A DNA stretch of 60,347 nt, from the IMG/VR virus record IMGVR_UViG_3300046777_000773, positions 1 through 60,347 of that record, one strand, 5' to 3'. Below, in pieces: positions 29,016 through 37,446 of the stretch (position 1 is its first letter; the number at the start of each line of letters is the position of its first letter). Origin of the DNA: a virus (taxonomy: Duplodnaviria > Caudoviricetes). A program made the position numbers and the translations under genes. The notes beneath the pieces are model-generated. The model was not told where the DNA came from. It saw only the letters and a list, made by a program, of their open reading frames with translations, and did not search any database.

Positions 29016-29307
29016 GCGTATCTCCTTTGAGGAACGTGTTCCGCATACGCGATAAGATGTGGAGTGTCAAGGGAGGGCCGTCATATGATTTGGCAAAACG
29101 CCGAACACGCGACGGGTCTAGGTCAGCAGCCAGACATACCTCGTCGAAGTTCTGGGCGGTGGTACCGAACTCTGCGGTAAGCCATGCGTGAGCCTGCCGC
29201 TTATTGACGTGGGCTGCTGGTGTCTTAGGCTCAGAGGTGGCGTCTATGAGTGCTTGGATAATTACGCTTGCCCATAGACGCCGTACTGCTGCATCATCAT
29301 CATTCAT
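28981..29307 (-). CDS. Conserved hypothetical protein between polymerase halves
   Basis: LWASVIIQALIDA...AHAWL...FDEVCLAADLDP. Confidence 0.65.
   Translation of the reverse strand: MNDDDAAVRRLWASVIIQALIDATSEPKTPAAHVNKRQAHAWLTAEFGTTAQNFDEVCLAADLDPSRVRRFAKSYDGPPLTLHILSRMRNTFLKGDTHADLDGFDPNS
29042..29070 (-). promoter_or_regulatory. Promoter for polymerase subunit, inside the upstream CDS
   Basis: TTGACA-N17-TATGCG. Confidence 0.5.
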
Positions 29308-29339
29308 ACTGTAGGAACTTGTAGATAACTACCGACACT

Positions 29340-30284
29340 TTAGTCAATTGAACCTGCCTTATTAAAGTCCTTCTTGGCCTTGGTCCGAAGATGCTTCCAT
29401 GCGCGAGTCGGAATGTGTAGCGAAGCCAGGAAGCCCAGCGACTTTTCCCATTCGGGTTGCCACGCATGGTGCCGAAGCATCGTATCGAATATGTGGCCTT
29501 TGGGTCTTATGCCATAAGCGTTAAGGTATGTCAAGTCATATGTTGCATTATGGAAACCCCATGCGAGGTCGGTGCGCTGGGCCAGGAACCAAAGCCACAT
29601 CCAGATGTCACGCTCATCTTGCTCGGACCAGATGTGCTGGAAGGCGCGGTCCTCCAAGTGTACGTAGAGGCAACGATCTGAAGAGGTAGCCAGCGAGAAC
29701 TCCGTAATGCGGCAGGACTTATTTGTTTCGACGTCGAACACAATCTCGTTGCCGATGTAGCGGGTCGAGAACTCATAGAGGTCAGCGACCGTGTCGGGCA
29801 GGTGGATGGTGCGAGGCCGGTCCTTGTAGCGCGTCTGGACTTTACGCATTGCCGAAGCCACGACGGGACGCTCGGCCCATGCCATGCGCGCATAGATGGT
29901 AGGCGAGTAGGTGGGCACCACTTGCAGGCCGGGCACGAAGGGACTGTCGACGTGGGTGCCGCGATAGGTGTCCAGCTTCACCTCACCCGTCAGGCAGTAC
30001 ATAGCGTGGGCGCCCATGGTCAGGGCCATGTCGTAGCCTTCGAGACTTTTGTGTAGGGCTTCGCGGTCAGCGCGGGCAAGTGCAGTCAAGTCGCCACCTA
30101 CCTTGCCGCCTACGAAAAGCGTGGGCCACTTCGCAGTGTAGGCACGGTGCGCCGTGAAGATGGAGTGGGGCCGAAGCCCCGAGACTTGCATCAACTCCTG
30201 CGTGACCTTCCATTCCCACTCAGAGAGCGGACCGCCCTGCGCGGCGTCGACGGAAGGCCAATCAATTACTAGGGCGATCTTCAA
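29340..30284 (-). CDS. DNA polymerase N-terminal subunit: degenerate UDG-like domain + 3'-5' exonuclease (ExoI/II)
   Basis: MGAHAM..LTG....YRG...VVPTYSP (UDG fold); VFDVET; FHNATYDL; DTML.HH..QPE..KSLGFLAS. Confidence 0.8.
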   Translation of the reverse strand: MKIALVIDWPSVDAAQGGPLSEWEWKVTQELMQVSGLRPHSIFTAHRAYTAKWPTLFVGGKVGGDLTALARADREALHKSLEGYDMALTMGAHAMYCLTGEVKLDTYRGTHVDSPFVPGLQVVPTYSPTIYARMAWAERPVVASAMRKVQTRYKDRPRTIHLPDTVADLYEFSTRYIGNEIVFDVETNKSCRITEFSLATSSDRCLYVHLEDRAFQHIWSEQDERDIWMWLWFLAQRTDLAWGFHNATYDLTYLNAYGIRPKGHIFDTMLRHHAWQPEWEKSLGFLASLHIPTRAWKHLRTKAKKDFNKAGSID

Positions 30285-30363
30285 GGGGCAATTCCAGTTG
30301 ACGAGGGTCTTTGGGTGGAGGCTCAGGCAATGGCCGTTGCGTAGGCACGGTAGCGCGGCACAT
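30262..30363 (-). CDS. 33-aa peptide with QLELPL motif (not in ORF track)
   Basis: TGATG coupling; MCRATVPTQRPLPEPPPKDPRQLELPLEDRPSN. Confidence 0.5.
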   Translation of the reverse strand: MCRATVPTQRPLPEPPPKDPRQLELPLEDRPSN

Positions 30364-30614
30364 CAAGACTTCTCTGTGTCGTGGGTGGCAAGGTCGAGGG
30401 GTTTGACGCCATAGTATTCGAGCAGTTCGTTGACGGCGCCCAGAATCTTCAGGTTGTCGCCGATGTCTTGCCAGTTATGGGGACCGCCTCCGGCAGCGAG
30501 ATGCTTGTGAGCTTGGCGGATGCACCAGATAGCAGTGTCGCCTGTGTTGCGAAGCATAGCAATCATGAACTGGTCAGCCATGTCATCGTCGATGGTGATT
30601 GTTAGGCCCTTCAT
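30363..30614 (-). CDS. Hypothetical protein
   Basis: AAGGA RBS; operon context. Confidence 0.6.
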   Translation of the reverse strand: MKGLTITIDDDMADQFMIAMLRNTGDTAIWCIRQAHKHLAAGGGPHNWQDIGDNLKILGAVNELLEYYGVKPLDLATHDTEKS

Positions 30615-30615
30615 G

Positions 30616-31149
30616 TTAGCGTTCCTTGTAGAAGATGTGGTTGTCTATGCGCGTAGTCCGCTTGAGGTGGCGCCACCCTACCATGGATGTGTCGTGGAAG
30701 TAAAGGGCACCCTTGGTGAGGTCAGGGAAATTTGACATGGCCAGCTTGGCAGACTCCTTTGCTTGCAGCCATTCGTTGACATTCGATGGGGGCAGGTGGC
30801 TGCGCGGGGTGCAGACCCAGGAGAACTGGCAGGTGCGCCCGTTGCGCTGGAAGACTACGTCGCAAATGTCAGCAGGGAAGCGGCGGTCGTTGGCCCTATT
30901 GAGGATCACTTGGCCGACGGCGATCTGCCCTGAGAGGGACTGGCCTCGTGCTTCCCAGTAGATGGCGCGGGTCATGCAGTTCAGGTAGCGGTCGCGGTTG
31001 TTCACGTCGGTCCAGATGTGTTCGACTGGGCTGGGCGGGACGGCGATGGCGGGGAGCGGTTGCCCCCACACCAACACCGCCAGCAGCAGGACCGGCCAGT
31101 AAATCAGGATGTCACGGCCCAGGCGTAGCCGCTGCATGAGACTACTCAT
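30616..31149 (-). CDS. Cell wall hydrolase, SleB/Hydrolase_2 family
   Basis: CMTRAIYWEARG..GQIAVGQVILNR...CQFSW...GALYFH..IDNHIFY; N-terminal TM. Confidence 0.9.
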   Translation of the reverse strand: MSSLMQRLRLGRDILIYWPVLLLAVLVWGQPLPAIAVPPSPVEHIWTDVNNRDRYLNCMTRAIYWEARGQSLSGQIAVGQVILNRANDRRFPADICDVVFQRNGRTCQFSWVCTPRSHLPPSNVNEWLQAKESAKLAMSNFPDLTKGALYFHDTSMVGWRHLKRTTRIDNHIFYKER

Positions 31150-31450
31150 CACAACCCAGCATGTCTGCTTTACTGGGGCGCGTCGCAAAGAAGCCGTCGT
31201 ATTGAGGATACTCCATGTGGAACTTGCGTGCGTAATAAGGCGCCCAGTCATTTGACAATTTGAAGTGGCCTCTCGTGCTTTCGACGGGCGTGTCCCACCG
31301 AATGAAGTGGAAGATGCCGGGTGCGCTGTAGCGTTTACGTCCTCTGGATATGGCCTCGAAGGTATACTTCACGAACATCTCCCACACTTCAGGATTTTCT
31401 GCGTGAAATGTTTCGAAGCTACGCTTAACTTTAATTGGCGTGTCAGTCAT
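31142..31450 (-). CDS. Conserved hypothetical phage protein
   Basis: FHAENPEVW...YSA..IRW...FKLSND..PYYAR. Confidence 0.65.
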   Translation of the reverse strand: MTDTPIKVKRSFETFHAENPEVWEMFVKYTFEAISRGRKRYSAPGIFHFIRWDTPVESTRGHFKLSNDWAPYYARKFHMEYPQYDGFFATRPSKADMLGCDE

Positions 31451-31635
31451 TGAGATTCTCCTTTGGGTTTGTGGCAGGCGGGTTGGCTAGTGAAGACTGC
31501 GATGGGAGCGCCGGGTTTGCCCCACCATTTGGCGGCTGCGTCGTGGATGGCAGGAGTGAGGGCACGAGGGCAAGTGGCGGCGTCAGCGCAATCAGCATGG
31601 AACGGACAGAACGTCATGTCGCGGAAGTGTATCAT
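31447..31635 (-). CDS. Small Cys-rich protein
   Basis: RDMTFC....C.....CPRAL. Confidence 0.6.
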   Translation of the reverse strand: MIHFRDMTFCPFHADCADAATCPRALTPAIHDAAAKWWGKPGAPIAVFTSQPACHKPKGESQ

Positions 31636-31834
31636 TGGGTTCTCCTAATGTGGGAAGGTCGCAGGGTTTAGCTATGATTACAGAAGCCGTCGGCCCTATT
31701 ACCGCTTCCCGCTCTTGCCGTATCTTAGATATTTCTTGAAGGGCTTCTTCGGCATCGGCCTTGGTTGGGAAAGGGAACATGTGGAAGGCACCCACGTTGA
31801 CGAGATACCACCAGCCGCTGATGTTCTTAATCAT
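31592..31834 (-). CDS. Hypothetical protein
   Basis: GGAGG RBS; overlap with neighbours. Confidence 0.5.
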   Translation of the reverse strand: MIKNISGWWYLVNVGAFHMFPFPTKADAEEALQEISKIRQEREAVIGPTASVIIAKPCDLPTLGEPNDTLPRHDVLSVPC

Positions 31835-32180
31835 CTTCCCCTCCTGCCAGGGCGTCATTGATGAAGTCCGACACTTGGTACAGTTCCAAATGACCAAAAT
31901 CTAAATCGACAATCATATCGTCAAGCTTTCGCAGCGCTGCTTCCAGTTTTGCGATGCGGTTGAGGAGGAGGCGGCGGTTAGGAAGGACACGTTCAGGGGC
32001 GATGTCTGGAAAGACTGAACGCCAGATGGATAGTTCTTCCTCGGCTTCGGCAAGGCGTTTGCGGAGGGCGTCATAGGTTACTTCGGGCATGGGTTCTCCT
32101 GCGTTGGCAAGGGCTTCGAGGGCGCGTTGACGGACTTCGTGGGAGGGCACAGTGTCGGTAGCATGAGCGTCGATTATCAT
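31827..32180 (-). CDS. Hypothetical coiled-coil protein
   Basis: ATGA coupling. Confidence 0.55.
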   Translation of the reverse strand: MIIDAHATDTVPSHEVRQRALEALANAGEPMPEVTYDALRKRLAEAEEELSIWRSVFPDIAPERVLPNRRLLLNRIAKLEAALRKLDDMIVDLDFGHLELYQVSDFINDALAGGEDD

Positions 32181-32506
32181 GGCTCTTCCCATTCAATTTT
32201 GACGGTGGCGACTTTAAATATGGAAGAATTTTCAGCGTCTTCCTTGGTCTCATAAATAGTTTCCCCTGTACGATCATCACGATAGATATTGATCCACCCC
32301 TCGCGCTGGGTTTTGCGGTTGCGGATTTCCGGTGATCCGAATACTGGCTCACCATTTTGGTGGTAATATCCAATCCCGCTATGACTTGAGTCTTCGTACT
32401 GTACGACCGTCAGTTTTTCTCCAAGATATATGTAATCTTGGGAAAGAATCCGCGCAGGATTACCATCATACACGGTTTCGATGGGTTTGGTCCAGTCGAT
32501 GGTCAT
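32177..32506 (-). CDS. Hypothetical protein
   Basis: IDWTKPIET..G..ARIL...EGWINIY. Confidence 0.6.
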   Translation of the reverse strand: MTIDWTKPIETVYDGNPARILSQDYIYLGEKLTVVQYEDSSHSGIGYYHQNGEPVFGSPEIRNRKTQREGWINIYRDDRTGETIYETKEDAENSSIFKVATVKIEWEEP

Positions 32507-32733
32507 GTGTTGACTCCCAGCTTGCGAAGGTTGCGACGGATATCTGAATAGTCGTTCAGGGCAGCGCGGTAATCAGAAGCCGAACAGCTAAAGAAATGGA
32601 AGTGAGCTTTGTCGTTGACGTAGTACGTCAGCTTGATGTGCTTGCCTCCACGTCGCACTTCCCACTTGATATTGAACTTCTCAAGCAGGCGCACCGCTGG
32701 GGCTAGGTTCTCTCTTACTTTGCGCTGTAACAT
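32503..32733 (-). CDS. HicA-like small basic protein
   Basis: WEVRRGGKHIKL...SCSASDYRA..N...IRR. Confidence 0.55.
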   Translation of the reverse strand: MLQRKVRENLAPAVRLLEKFNIKWEVRRGGKHIKLTYYVNDKAHFHFFSCSASDYRAALNDYSDIRRNLRKLGVNT

Positions 32734-32744
32734 GAGATCCTCCT

Positions 32745-32781
32745 AAGAAAGAAAGGGGAGCAGACCCTCGCCCACTCCCCT
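32745..32781 (-). terminator. Intrinsic terminator after SSB-like gene
   Basis: AGGGGAG...CTCCCCT followed by TTCTTTCTT on minus strand. Confidence 0.7.
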
Positions 32782-32788
32782 CGACAGA

Positions 32789-33247
32789 CTAGGCTGCCTT
32801 CTTGTTGGTGGTATACCAGTCGACAGAGTAGTAACGAGAGACCGTCAGACGCGGCGTGTTCAGCGCAGTGCCATCACGGTTCTCAGTTTCGTGACCGACA
32901 GTCACCACCACTTCGCTACCCGGCAGGATGTCAAGCGCATCGCGGATGGAGTTACCAACCGTGTCCACATTGATGCGAGACAGACGCTCCTGCACGATAG
33001 GCAGAGACTTCTCCGAGATCCAGAACGTGTCACGGAGGCGGCACTTGGAGAGTTCGACGCCAGTCATATCGTTGCTGTGCATCGGCTCGTTCATGGTGTA
33101 GGTAAGCTCAAGACCCTGCGTACCAGAGTTGGCCTTGACAATCTTCACGGACTGGACCGTGACGAGATAGTCACCAACGGGCGCCTGACGAAAGGCAGGA
33201 CGCTCAGAGGCGGTGGTTGCTACGACGGTGTCGAAAAGGTCAGCCAT
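32789..33247 (-). CDS. Single-stranded DNA-binding protein (DUF669-like)
   Basis: PVGDYLVTV, OB-like pattern; follows Sak4-like ATPase; promoter TTGACA-N17-TATACG at 33322-33294. Confidence 0.6.
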   Translation of the reverse strand: MADLFDTVVATTASERPAFRQAPVGDYLVTVQSVKIVKANSGTQGLELTYTMNEPMHSNDMTGVELSKCRLRDTFWISEKSLPIVQERLSRINVDTVGNSIRDALDILPGSEVVVTVGHETENRDGTALNTPRLTVSRYYSVDWYTTNKKAA

Positions 33248-33336
33248 TGGCTGTGTTCTCCATAAGGGTTGTGTTCACTAAGGAACAGGGCAGCGTATAC
33301 ATCCGGGCCACCACCCTGTCAAGCATGCCCGGAAAA

Positions 33337-34140
33337 TTATTTTCCTGCGACCAAGCGATCCACCATCGAGGCAAGGTCGTAGGGTTCGGTTGCCTTGATG
33401 AGGGTCGGCGCGGAGGTGCGAAGCGAAGCCTTGTCAGTGGCCGCCGTCTTGATGGAACGGTTGCCAGCACGGTCCACTTCCAGATGCCAGATGTCCGAGA
33501 AGTAGGTCTGCATCTTCTTCGAGAACTTGACGCCCACACCGACCGGAACGTCACGCGCCTTGCCGATGATCTTGCCCTGGTCGTCAGTGTCTCCGGTCTG
33601 CATGATGTGCGTCAGCATGATGACCGTGGCACCCATCTTGTTGCCAGTCAGGTGGTCGAGGATAGCGCCGTAGTACTTGCCTGCCACGTTGTAGAGGGAG
33701 CGCCCGTCACGCTTGGCTTCGGGGTCCTCTTGTGCAGCGAGCAACAGGAGTTCACCGAGGAAGGTGCCGCTGTCAATGACGACAACATCCTTCGCAGTCC
33801 ATGAGGTGCAGGGTCCGAGGTCTTCGCCGCCTTCCACCTTCCAATGCTCAAGCATCTTGCAGAACCGACGCATTGCATCGAGTGCTTGCTTGCTGGCGCT
33901 GCCCGTTCCGGCGAACAGGTTGGTGCCCGAGATCTTCGCCGCCGCGTAGGTGCTGACGTAAACGTCGGCTGCATTGTCGCGCAGATACGAGCCAATGACA
34001 CGCGTGTTCTGGTCGAAGTCGTGGATCATGATCCGGTAGCCTGCGTTCGCAAGCTGGGCGAGTGAGCCGGTCTTGCCGGAGGCAGCTTCGCCGCAGAGCA
34101 GGATGCGCGGGGGCAGTTTTGTTTCGCTAAATTTGGGCAT
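33337..34140 (-). CDS. AAA_24 / Sak4-like ATPase
   Basis: GEAASGKT Walker A; VVIDSGT Walker B; MLTH. Confidence 0.75.
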   Translation of the reverse strand: MPKFSETKLPPRILLCGEAASGKTGSLAQLANAGYRIMIHDFDQNTRVIGSYLRDNAADVYVSTYAAAKISGTNLFAGTGSASKQALDAMRRFCKMLEHWKVEGGEDLGPCTSWTAKDVVVIDSGTFLGELLLLAAQEDPEAKRDGRSLYNVAGKYYGAILDHLTGNKMGATVIMLTHIMQTGDTDDQGKIIGKARDVPVGVGVKFSKKMQTYFSDIWHLEVDRAGNRSIKTAATDKASLRTSAPTLIKATEPYDLASMVDRLVAGK

Positions 34141-35023
34141 CGAAAAGGGACTCCGTGATTGAGGGTGTTGTTGGTATGTTGCGGGGATCAGCGGCCCACT
34201 GGCTACAGAATCTTGCGGCAGCGCAGTGATCCATGCAGCGAGTAGCTTCACCCGGACGATGTTCTACATGAAAAGCTACAGAAGTGGAAGCGAATTGTGC
34301 AGCCTCTTCTGGATTATCGAACAGCCTGACGGCACGCACGTTGCCGCGCTTCATGACTGCCCACTTGGCAGGCTTCGCCCAGATGTCTCGCTCGGAACAA
34401 GAGGGAGGTTCGGCTAGCTGGTGAAGGCGGACACGCTCTTCGATGAAGGCGTCGATGGTGTCGTCGTCCCAGACAGGAATGTCGATCTTGTAGCCGGGCG
34501 CAGGAGGGTAACCTGCTGTGGTGCGGGCCTTCCTCTCGCTGAAGTCACGGATGAACACATCGACATGGATCTGGTTGATGACGAGACCCTTCTCCTTTTG
34601 AAGCATGCGCTTGTAGATGTTGGTCTGCTGCACCCACTCCTCGGGGATCTTGCCGTCAGCTACCTTGTAGGCTTTGCAGTTCTTGAGGTCGCGCAAGATG
34701 CCAGGACCGATGAGGACGCCGTCGAACTGACCCTTGATCTTCCAGCCTAGGTAGTGGGTGTAGATAGTCTTCTCGGTCAGCAATTGCAGGTTGCCCGAGG
34801 CTGCCCGTTCTGCGACGACGTGCATAGCTTGACCGTGCAGTGCAGCAAGACGCTGGCTAACATCGACTTCGATCTCATCATCATGCTTCTCTAGCAGGTA
34901 TCGCATCTGAGGCGGGGACAGAAGTCCCGTCACTGAGATGTGGGCATCACCCTTGCTGTAGGTATCGTTCTCTACGGCGGTGACGAATACCTCTGAGACG
35001 TTGTACTTGTTGGTCAGGATCAT
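34127..35023 (-). CDS. PD-(D/E)XK (Cas4/RecB-like) exonuclease
   Basis: ISVTGLLSPP, GQAMH, GQFD, DLK, QTNIY, C-terminal Cys cluster. Confidence 0.8.
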   Translation of the reverse strand: MILTNKYNVSEVFVTAVENDTYSKGDAHISVTGLLSPPQMRYLLEKHDDEIEVDVSQRLAALHGQAMHVVAERAASGNLQLLTEKTIYTHYLGWKIKGQFDGVLIGPGILRDLKNCKAYKVADGKIPEEWVQQTNIYKRMLQKEKGLVINQIHVDVFIRDFSERKARTTAGYPPAPGYKIDIPVWDDDTIDAFIEERVRLHQLAEPPSCSERDIWAKPAKWAVMKRGNVRAVRLFDNPEEAAQFASTSVAFHVEHRPGEATRCMDHCAAARFCSQWAADPRNIPTTPSITESLFDAQI

Positions 35024-35307
35024 AGCACAGTGTCCAGTATGTCTGGCGCCGCCGAGGGCGCGGGTTTCTTTTTGCGTGAGGCGTTGGCCTTCTTCATCTT
35101 GGTCGCAGCCTCCGCTATCGCGGCATCATCGGCGCGTGCCTTCCGGTTCCGCACATTGATCTTGCTGATCTCCTCGATGACCTGTTCCAGATTGGCAGGC
35201 GTCATTTCTTCGGGGTCACGGGCAAAGACCTGGGCGCGGGTCAGCTTCTCTAAAGGAAGAGCAACGCCCCCATCAGCAGCATCGCGTGTATCAGTTTCAT
35301 TTGCCAT
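35020..35307 (-). CDS. Hypothetical protein
   Basis: GGAGAGG RBS; VFARDPE motif. Confidence 0.6.
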   Translation of the reverse strand: MANETDTRDAADGGVALPLEKLTRAQVFARDPEEMTPANLEQVIEEISKINVRNRKARADDAAIAEAATKMKKANASRKKKPAPSAAPDILDTVL

Positions 35308-35554
35308 AGACCTCTCCATGTATCCTGTCATATTCGCGGTGCAGTAAGCCGAGCCAATCACCAAGCGTATCGAGCAAGGCAATGCCCCCCAATTTGTCGA
35401 AGTCTTTGAGGATGACAACCTCCCCTTCGACTGCGTCCATGTCCAAGATCAAGTATCCAACGGGTGTGCTATGCTTGACTTGCTTCTTGCGTTCTTTCGG
35501 GTCGCCATAATCGAGACCGGCTAGCCGGTGTGTTCTGAATGAAACATCATCCAT
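35297..35554 (-). CDS. Hypothetical protein
   Basis: AAGGA RBS; operon context. Confidence 0.55.
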   Translation of the reverse strand: MDDVSFRTHRLAGLDYGDPKERKKQVKHSTPVGYLILDMDAVEGEVVILKDFDKLGGIALLDTLGDWLGLLHREYDRIHGEVYGK

Positions 35555-35714
35555 GTGATGATCCTTTGCGTATAGGTTTGGTGGCCCGCCATATCCAATG
35601 ATGGGCCTTTCTTATGTTGGTGGTCTCGTGGACTACCTGATTGTCAGGAAGCCTGACTTCGACGCGCCCATCCGAGGACCGACGCACCATCAGGTAGCCA
35701 CGATAGACCTTCAT
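35547..35714 (-). CDS. 55-aa hypothetical protein (not in ORF track)
   Basis: ATGA coupling; MKVYRGYLMVRRSSDGRVEV... Confidence 0.5.
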   Translation of the reverse strand: MKVYRGYLMVRRSSDGRVEVRLPDNQVVHETTNIRKAHHWIWRATKPIRKGSSHG

Positions 35715-35962
35715 TTCGTGACGCCAAGAAACCTGAAGTGTTCGATCAGCTTGAGCAGTTCGTGATGCGCCAGTTCCAGCTTCCCGTTCAGATCATGGTG
35801 CTTGGCCCAGCTTTCGGAGCAGCTAGGCAGGCTTTCTTGAAGGCGCTCAAGGTCGTCATTGATCATGGCACCAACGGTGGCCGCGTCCTGCATAGCCTCC
35901 TCGATAGCCCACTCCTGCTCCGACATGTTGACGTAGTCAGGTTCGCCGCGAATCGTATCCAT
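35711..35962 (-). CDS. Hypothetical acidic protein
   Basis: AAGGAGG RBS; TGATG coupling. Confidence 0.6.
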   Translation of the reverse strand: MDTIRGEPDYVNMSEQEWAIEEAMQDAATVGAMINDDLERLQESLPSCSESWAKHHDLNGKLELAHHELLKLIEHFRFLGVTK

Positions 35963-36189
35963 CAGATGATATCCTCCTTGTAACGGTAAGCCTCGCAGGC
36001 TGCGAGAACATTCAGAATGCCCTTGGCTGTAGCACAATGCTTGCTCGTCGCCAAGCGGTAGGTAAGGTAGGTGCCGGACTTGGCAAGCTCGTCATAGTCC
36101 CGCGCCATCTCCTCAAGTAACCCCATGATCTGCCCCTCCAGCTTGAGGAAGGGATGCTTCTGGAGGTCGGTTGCCCGACCAGTCCTCAT
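35962..36189 (-). CDS. Hypothetical protein
   Basis: ATGA coupling at 36189. Confidence 0.55.
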   Translation of the reverse strand: MRTGRATDLQKHPFLKLEGQIMGLLEEMARDYDELAKSGTYLTYRLATSKHCATAKGILNVLAACEAYRYKEDII

Positions 36190-36284
36190 GCTAAACGCCA
36201 TAGCTTGCGCCCCCACCGAATGTAGATCCAACCCAAAGCCCCCCGCCTGATACGGGGGAACCAGTAGAACGGACGCTGGGCCAT
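36186..36284 (-). CDS. 32-aa Trp/Arg-rich cationic peptide (not in ORF track)
   Basis: MAQRPFYWFPRIRRGALGWIYIRWGRKLWRLA; coupled at both ends. Confidence 0.55.
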   Translation of the reverse strand: MAQRPFYWFPRIRRGALGWIYIRWGRKLWRLA

Positions 36285-36649
36285 CACGATACCCGCATCA
36301 TGCGAATGCCGTCAGACTCACGGCGCAAGTGAACGCGCAAGTCAGGGGCGTGGTAGCGCATGCCGTTCACAACCTTGGCCGCCTCGGCTACGCCCATGGC
36401 AGGGTTGGCATGGGGCACCAGCTTTTCCTGACCCACTTCAAGGGACCGGATGATGGCTGTCAGGTTGTCACGGGTGGCCGAGTAGCGGGGCGTGTAGTCA
36501 GGCGCCAGAACCTCGGGCGTCTTGATGTCAGGCTTCTTCAGTTCGGCCTTGGGCTTGCGCGGCTTGGGTGCGGTAGCTTCCAGCTTGGCGAGGTCGGTCA
36601 AGGGGATACGCAGCTTGAGGCGGCCCAGCGAAATTGACAGGTGCTTCAT
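36284..36649 (-). CDS. Basic, putative DNA-binding early protein
   Basis: RSLEVGQ...IRMMRVS pattern; AAGGA RBS. Confidence 0.55.
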   Translation of the reverse strand: MKHLSISLGRLKLRIPLTDLAKLEATAPKPRKPKAELKKPDIKTPEVLAPDYTPRYSATRDNLTAIIRSLEVGQEKLVPHANPAMGVAEAAKVVNGMRYHAPDLRVHLRRESDGIRMMRVS

Positions 36650-36663
36650 GATCGGCTTCCTTC

Positions 36664-36774
36664 TCAGGCGTTGATAGCGTCGACGACAATGAGCGTCATC
36701 GAAACCCACAGCAGCAGGTTCAGGGAAATGAGGGTGGCCAGGATTGCCTTTTCCATGATAGGGTTTTCGAACAT
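36664..36774 (-). CDS. Small single-TM peptide
   Basis: AAGGAG RBS; hydrophobic core. Confidence 0.45.
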   Translation of the reverse strand: MFENPIMEKAILATLISLNLLLWVSMTLIVVDAINA

Positions 36775-36941
36775 TAGATGATCTCCTTGCTTGCGCCGCT
36801 TGATTGCGACAACACCTACATAGCCCAGTCGCAAGAGGATTGAAAGATAATTTTGGTTAAGCATCACATTTCAAATAGTTACAGGTTGCAATTAAAGCTA
36901 CCTCTCAGGATCAAGGTGGTGCGCGGGAGCGCCCAAGGGGG

Positions 36942-36970
36942 TTGCATTTCCAGCCGGTTTGTTTTAAAAT
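36942..36970 (+). promoter_or_regulatory. Promoter firing into origin-like element 1
   Basis: TTGCAT-N17-TAAAAT. Confidence 0.5.
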
Positions 36971-37029
36971 GAAGGTTCCTTCCACCCTTCCGTGGTCCGT
37001 CCATATACTTTACAAACGACAATCAAATA

Positions 37030-37256
37030 AGACCCTCACCAGACCCTCACCAGAGACTTTCCTTATGGCATCAGCAACAAATGCAAAAGGTGAGAAAGTG
37101 AGAGTGGTGAGGGACCATCTTCCCCTATTGAAAAGAGATATATAATATATAAAAGAACCCGAAACGGCGCTCACCATTCTCACCTGGGTGGATTCTCCTT
37201 ACATATCAATGACTTGCCCGGTGATGGTTTACAAACGACACTCACCAACCCTCACG
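37030..37256. repeat. Iteron-like element 1 (putative origin)
   Basis: CTCAC x2, GTGAG x3, TATATAATATATAAAAGA core, CTCACC x2, TCAATGACTT, CTCAC x2. Confidence 0.65.
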
Positions 37257-37297
37257 GGCGCGGGGTATTTAGCATTTGTAAAGTATCTGGCCCAGGC

Positions 37298-37370
37298 AAA
37301 AAGAAACCCCGCCGGAAGCCTAAGCCGCCAGACGGGGTCCCCGCGAAGCATTGCTGCCACGCCTTGTGGT
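37298..37370 (-). ncRNA. Candidate sRNA-2 (~73 nt)
   Basis: TTGCAT-N17-TACATA (37405-37377); GC hairpin + TTTCTTTTT terminator; no ORF. Confidence 0.5.
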
Positions 37371-37446
37371 GGTTTCTATGTAGCAGCGTGCGCCCCACAA
37401 TGCAACCCCCGGATTCCTTAAATTGTGTAAAGTACCTGGCGCGGGT

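Noticed and set aside
28981-29340. Intron or intein joining the polymerase halves
   Set aside because: No group I/II or intein signatures; the second half has its own AAGGAG RBS and promoter
30285-30365. TGA read-through fusing 30363..30614 to the UDG/exo gene
   Set aside because: The frame is open for 26 codons, but the TGATG overlap is better explained by the coupled 33-aa peptide, and TGA is a normal stop elsewhere
34127-35023. Cas4 as part of a CRISPR system
   Set aside because: Standalone exonuclease beside Sak4-like and SSB-like genes; ordinary recombination module with no cas genes or array
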